A DNA stretch of 64,000 bases, from the NCBI GenBank assembly GCA_965218695.1, contig OZ244651.1:1376001-1440000 (forward strand). Direction: 5' to 3'. The translations under genes and the position numbers were made by a program. Below the pieces are notes generated by a model. It searched no databases and was not told where the DNA came from. It worked only from the letters and a program-made list of their open reading frames with translations. Shown one piece after another: positions 60,269 to 64,000 of this stretch. The DNA comes from Nitrosopumilus sp. (GTDB taxonomy: Archaea; Thermoproteota; Nitrososphaeria; Nitrososphaerales; Nitrosopumilaceae). Each line of letters starts with the position of its first letter. The first letter of the stretch is position 1.

Positions 60269-60333
60269 TAGGACACACCCAGTGTGACGTAATAGTACAT
60301 AAGTTTGTTTTTTAGAACTTACTGGCGTACCTA

Positions 60334-61435
60334 TAGTGAAAAGTGAAAGTTCGTTCCAAGTTCAGCACCTCAGACCGAAAACTATGTAGATCAGCCGGTC
60401 GCCTAACGCGGCATGATCAAAGTAACACGGGAAGAACTCGAAGTAGCATACAAAAAAGAAAAGGACCTCAGGGTGGGAGCCAGAATGCTTGCAGTACACA
60501 TGGTACATTTTCGTAAAATGAGCATAGATGATGCGGCCGTCAATCTTCTGCGATGTCCCAGGTGGGTACGCAACTGGCTGGAACGCTTCGAGAATGGAGG
60601 TCTACAAGGCCTCCGGGATCTTCCCAGATCCGGCAGGCCGCCCAAGATTTCACCTGAAGCAATGGACGGCATACTGGACAAGGTAGACCGGTTCAAGACC
60701 ACTCCTGCCGAACTGCAACAGGTCATACACAGGGAGACGGGAACAAAGATGCACAGGACGAACATCAGGAAAATCATGCAAAAATACGGTCTGTCCCCCA
60801 AGGGGTCGCAAAGGATCCACATCAACAGGGCCACCAAGGCAGCCGTAAAAAGCTGGCAATATCGCCTCAAAAAGAGAATTTCACGCCTAGAAAAAGACGG
60901 TTTTGTCCTGGCCGTGCAAGACGAGGCGTTCTTCATACACGACGTAAAATCTGGCCGCAAGTATTGGTCCCCCGTGGGGGTGCCAATAACCGTGCCATAC
61001 ACTGGAAGCCACAAAAGAATTACCGCGTACGGTTCAATTACAATGGATGGCAGGCAGTTCTTCAGGACTGCCAGCGGGTTTAACGCGCCCACTTTTGTTG
61101 CTTATCTCAAGGCCATGCAGAGGCATTTTGGGAAGGTTGCCGTCCTGGTGGACAGGGCGTCCCCGCACCGCGCAAAAGCCGTCCGGACGCTGCTGCGCGA
61201 GAACAAGAACATCAGGATCATATACCTGCCAAAAGGCTCACCGTATCTCAACGCCGTGGAAGAATGCTGGCACCAGGGAAAACGGAACCTGCTTGTTTCA
61301 GAATACTACAAAACCTTCTTGGACATGCACAGTGCCGTCTCCCAGTACTATCGAACTGCGAGATTCAATCTGGATTTGATCAAATTCTTTAACAGAAAAG
61401 CCGAATTATTTTGCAAGAACTTTTGATCGCCACTA
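60334..61435 (+). mobile_element. IS630-family element, copy 3
   Basis: TA TSD 60332-33 / 61436-37 in CCTAGG. Confidence 0.9.
60413..61426 (+). CDS. IS630 family transposase
   Basis: Close paralog of 59246-60259. Confidence 0.92.
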   Translation: MIKVTREELEVAYKKEKDLRVGARMLAVHMVHFRKMSIDDAAVNLLRCPRWVRNWLERFENGGLQGLRDLPRSGRPPKISPEAMDGILDKVDRFKTTPAELQQVIHRETGTKMHRTNIRKIMQKYGLSPKGSQRIHINRATKAAVKSWQYRLKKRISRLEKDGFVLAVQDEAFFIHDVKSGRKYWSPVGVPITVPYTGSHKRITAYGSITMDGRQFFRTASGFNAPTFVAYLKAMQRHFGKVAVLVDRASPHRAKAVRTLLRENKNIRIIYLPKGSPYLNAVEECWHQGKRNLLVSEYYKTFLDMHSAVSQYYRTARFNLDLIKFFNRKAELFCKNF

Positions 61436-61960
61436 TAGGATATGATCATACCAATAACAAAATACATCAAACACACCCAGATCTTTGAGCTCATCAATTT
61501 CAAGAAAATCAATCAATTTTTGGCATTTTTTAATGCCGTCTAGGTAACTCTCGATTTTCGGATCAATCTCATCTTTCCAATTATTAATAGATGCAAAATC
61601 TTTGTATGTACGTTTGATTCTATTATTTATCACAGGATATTTGTCATTAACACAAAAGAAAATCGGAGTAATCGAGCCAACTTGTAGCCTTCTCTGTAAT
61701 TTTTTATTTGCGGTAAATTTCTTAATGTGCTCTTCAAGTTTTTTTGGTTCTTTTTGAAAATTATATCCAAGATCATAGACCATGTTTGCTATCGTGTTCC
61801 AGTCTTCATCGGTGTAGTTGTAACTTTTGAAGTATTGCCTAATATTGCGAAAAGCTGGGAATGTACTAATTCGTTTTGCATACTCCCATTTGAATTGTGG
61901 TAATAATCCATTAAGAATCCATTCTGTAAATTCACTGCTTGATTTATCCATAGATTTAAG

Positions 61961-63486
61961 GTAAGTGTTCACGTGGTTTAACTCATTTTTAGGCGTATTT
62001 TGCAATCTCCGCCAAGTAATCCAATTTCTTGTTTTTCCATGTCATTACACATGAAAAGAAATTCGCCATCCACGTCATCGTCTCCTCTGCCCTTATGCTG
62101 CCCCGTATTTTTCTGTGCACGACTATCTCGCGCAACCCGCGTTCTGCAGCATTGTTTGTAGGCGGGATCTTTGGGTTCAGCACGAACCGGAACAGGTCGC
62201 TGCCAGCATTGCTGATCTTGACCATGAATTTTTCCAATATTGGATCGTCGGCGTACCTTGCAACGATCTTTTCGATGCATGACGTCAGCATGGCAGACGC
62301 GTTGTCCCGGAGAGAGCGCGAGCGTTTCCTGCTTGCCCTTCTGGCATAATCATAGATTATGCGCAGGTGCTTCAGGACGTTGCGCGCGCCTAGGCAGTCC
62401 GGATTGCGGTTGCAGATGTCCCTGGCCTCGCGTATTATGTGCGACCAGCAGCGCTGGACGCGGTATTTTCCGTACGCCGTCCAGCCGTCGCACACTAACG
62501 TGCCGTCCCAACCCCCAAGCGCTTCTTTCAGAACCTTTGCCCCCCGGCTGTCCCGTATCACGTACAGCGCGTGCCCGGTCAGCGGATCGTGCAGTATCCA
62601 CACCCAGACGTTGCGGCCGTTTAGGTGAATCGATGTCTCGTCGGCGTGCAGTATCTTGGCCTTGCGTATCATGGCGGCAATGGCTGCCGCAGGGGCGCCC
62701 AGCGACGTTCCCAGCCTGCGCATTATGTTGTGCGCCGTGCCCGAGGAGAGTGTAATTCCGTACCGCGACATGCGGTCTGCGATCATCCTAAACGGCATGC
62801 GACACACGTAATCGTCTGCAACATCAGTCGTTATGCTCGGATCGTAGCTGCCCTTGTCTGGAAGGCCGGTCTCGGGCTTGATGTCCACCAGACCGCAGGA
62901 GCAGCGACACGTGTTTATGGTGTGGCGCGTGGTGATGACCTTTATCGTGCGCTCCACCCTGGTAATGTCGCGTTTTTCTGACTGCACTATGGAAAGGCTA
63001 CCCGAGCCGCATTCGGGGCAGGCCTCCGGGGTGTGTTCCTCAAACTCGGTGGGTTTTGGCTTGCGGGTGCGGCCCATGTGGCCTTTTTGCCCCCCGCGCG
63101 ACTTCCCGCTGCCGGCCGCATCCACGCGGTCCTTTTGATCCCGGGAGGCTTTTGTGGATTTATTGTAGGCATTCTTTTCGTCGCCTTTTCCCTTTGTGTC
63201 AGGCCATCCGGGCCCCCTTTTTTGTGATGACGGGGTGTTGTAATTGTCATGCCGCACCAGCCTGCGCTTAAGATCAGCAACTGCCAGATTCAATTCCTCA
63301 ATTATCTGCCCTTGCATCTCAATCGTCTGCTTGAGCTTGATGTTCTCAGTCTTGAGATCCGTGTACATCTTTTTGAGTTCAGCCTGGCTTTTCACATCGG
63401 GTTTGGATTACCATCTTATTTGGATCTGTGGTTTGCACAAAATTTACCCAAGAGTGAACTGAATTAGGCACGACGTGAACACTTAC
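61961..63486 (-). mobile_element. IS66-family element type D
   Basis: IR GTAAGTGTTCACGT; 8-bp TSD GATTTAAG (61953-60 / 63487-94). Confidence 0.93.
61989..63395 (-). CDS. IS66 family transposase (type D)
   Basis: HADETS, CDGW, QRCWSH, PTNNAAERGLR. Confidence 0.93.
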   Translation of the reverse strand: MKSQAELKKMYTDLKTENIKLKQTIEMQGQIIEELNLAVADLKRRLVRHDNYNTPSSQKRGPGWPDTKGKGDEKNAYNKSTKASRDQKDRVDAAGSGKSRGGQKGHMGRTRKPKPTEFEEHTPEACPECGSGSLSIVQSEKRDITRVERTIKVITTRHTINTCRCSCGLVDIKPETGLPDKGSYDPSITTDVADDYVCRMPFRMIADRMSRYGITLSSGTAHNIMRRLGTSLGAPAAAIAAMIRKAKILHADETSIHLNGRNVWVWILHDPLTGHALYVIRDSRGAKVLKEALGGWDGTLVCDGWTAYGKYRVQRCWSHIIREARDICNRNPDCLGARNVLKHLRIIYDYARRASRKRSRSLRDNASAMLTSCIEKIVARYADDPILEKFMVKISNAGSDLFRFVLNPKIPPTNNAAERGLREIVVHRKIRGSIRAEETMTWMANFFSCVMTWKNKKLDYLAEIAKYA

Positions 63487-63787
63487 GATTTAAGTTTGCC
63501 CATTAAACTTTTGACTTCATGTTTTTCCTTTTCTATATTTTTTAGATGATTTTTTGCCTCATCTGTTTGCAACCATTCTCTAAACTTTAAAATTAATTCT
63601 TTTGTCATCAAATCAGTTGCTTTCAAACTCAATGCTTTGATTAAAATGTGTTTGCTCGGCTCAAAATGAGAAACAATTCACAGTTAATCCTGAGACTTGG
63701 ACATATGTTACCACGATCCACCGGCCGCAAATGCTGGTGGACACTCCGGACTCCAAAAAATTGTACGCGTCACGCCGCGGGACTAAC

Positions 63788-64000
63788 GTGTTGCATAATC
63801 ACGTCCATCATGTTGCAGTAAGCGACAATCATCAGCACCCGTGCAGACCGAAAAAGCTAAAGATCATTAGAACCAGGGCATCCGGTTGAAGACGAACAAC
63901 AAAAAATACATCCGGCGTGGTCATACGTTAATCATCCACGATGACCCGGAGAGTCATGTCGAGATCAAAAGGGCCAACCGCCGCAAGGTCGGAGCTCCGT
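63788..64000 (+). mobile_element. Probable left end of another IS5/ISL2-like element running off the window
   Basis: GTGTTGCATAATCACG matches the type C left end (52473) at 15/16; an ORF opens at 63940. Confidence 0.5.

Larger units (their letters stand above)
57964..60280 (+). mobile_element. IS5-family element type B, copy 2, with an IS630 nested in its right IR
   Basis: GGGTGTGTCCTAG left IR; right IR split as ...TTACTA[IS630]TAGGACACACCC; 9-bp TSD AGTGTGACG (57955-63 / 60281-89). Confidence 0.92.
53969..63608 (-). pseudogene. McrB-like restriction GTPase (N-terminal domain + EVE/PUA-like domain + AAA+), split into 6 segments and 3'-truncated
   Basis: Segments 63608-63487, 61952-61436, 60331-60281, 57954-57574, 56476-55792 and 54039-53969 join into 1827 nt without a stop; GPVGSGKT, IDEFNRA, GTQNTAD, ALKRRF. 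Confidence 0.88.

Noticed and set aside
51248-60280. Composite transposon bounded by the two inverted IS5-B copies
   Set aside because: Each copy has its own 9-bp TSD, and the McrB-like frame continues across copy 2.
53969-63608. IS elements acting as self-splicing introns (IStron-like) that keep the McrB-like gene functional
   Set aside because: No group I/II intron or bulge-helix-bulge features were seen. Frame restoration follows from ordinary TSD geometry, and the gene is also 3'-truncated.

Overview
Archaeal chromosomal window, most likely from an ammonia-oxidising thaumarchaeon (Nitrosopumilaceae-like). The evidence is a DUF6659-like protein, a CFI-box-CTERM protein, a split methylmalonyl-CoA mutase and TTG/GTG starts. 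Its fairly high GC and heavy IS load suggest a host-associated lineage such as a sponge symbiont (inference). Housekeeping blocks: pstS/phoU-regulator/pstCAB/phoU, arsR-arsC-aquaporin, hemL-hemC-cobA-hemD, sixA-ppx-two tmk-like genes, sufBD-ferredoxin-sufSU, pgk, mce-mcmA-meaB, pepN, an HNH-HIT fusion, ilvC, mcmB, nadM, an EF-like protein, purN and metG. About one third of the window (~21-22 kb by hand count) is 16 IS elements (IS66, ISH3, IS5, IS630), most with readable terminal IRs and target-site duplications (TSDs). Main observations: (1) an AT-rich McrB-like GTPase gene with an EVE/PUA-like domain is cut into 6 pieces by 6 IS over 9.6 kb and rejoins exactly into one stop-free 608-codon frame; (2) the same IS66 inserted twice, independently, at the left tip of the same ISH3 element; (3) a sixA-ppx-tmk-tmk module is a candidate heteromeric polyphosphate kinase system beside pst and ars genes; (4) an HNH nuclease is fused to a HIT domain that lacks its catalytic histidine. 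No rRNA, tRNA or CRISPR array was recognised. All coordinates were read by eye.
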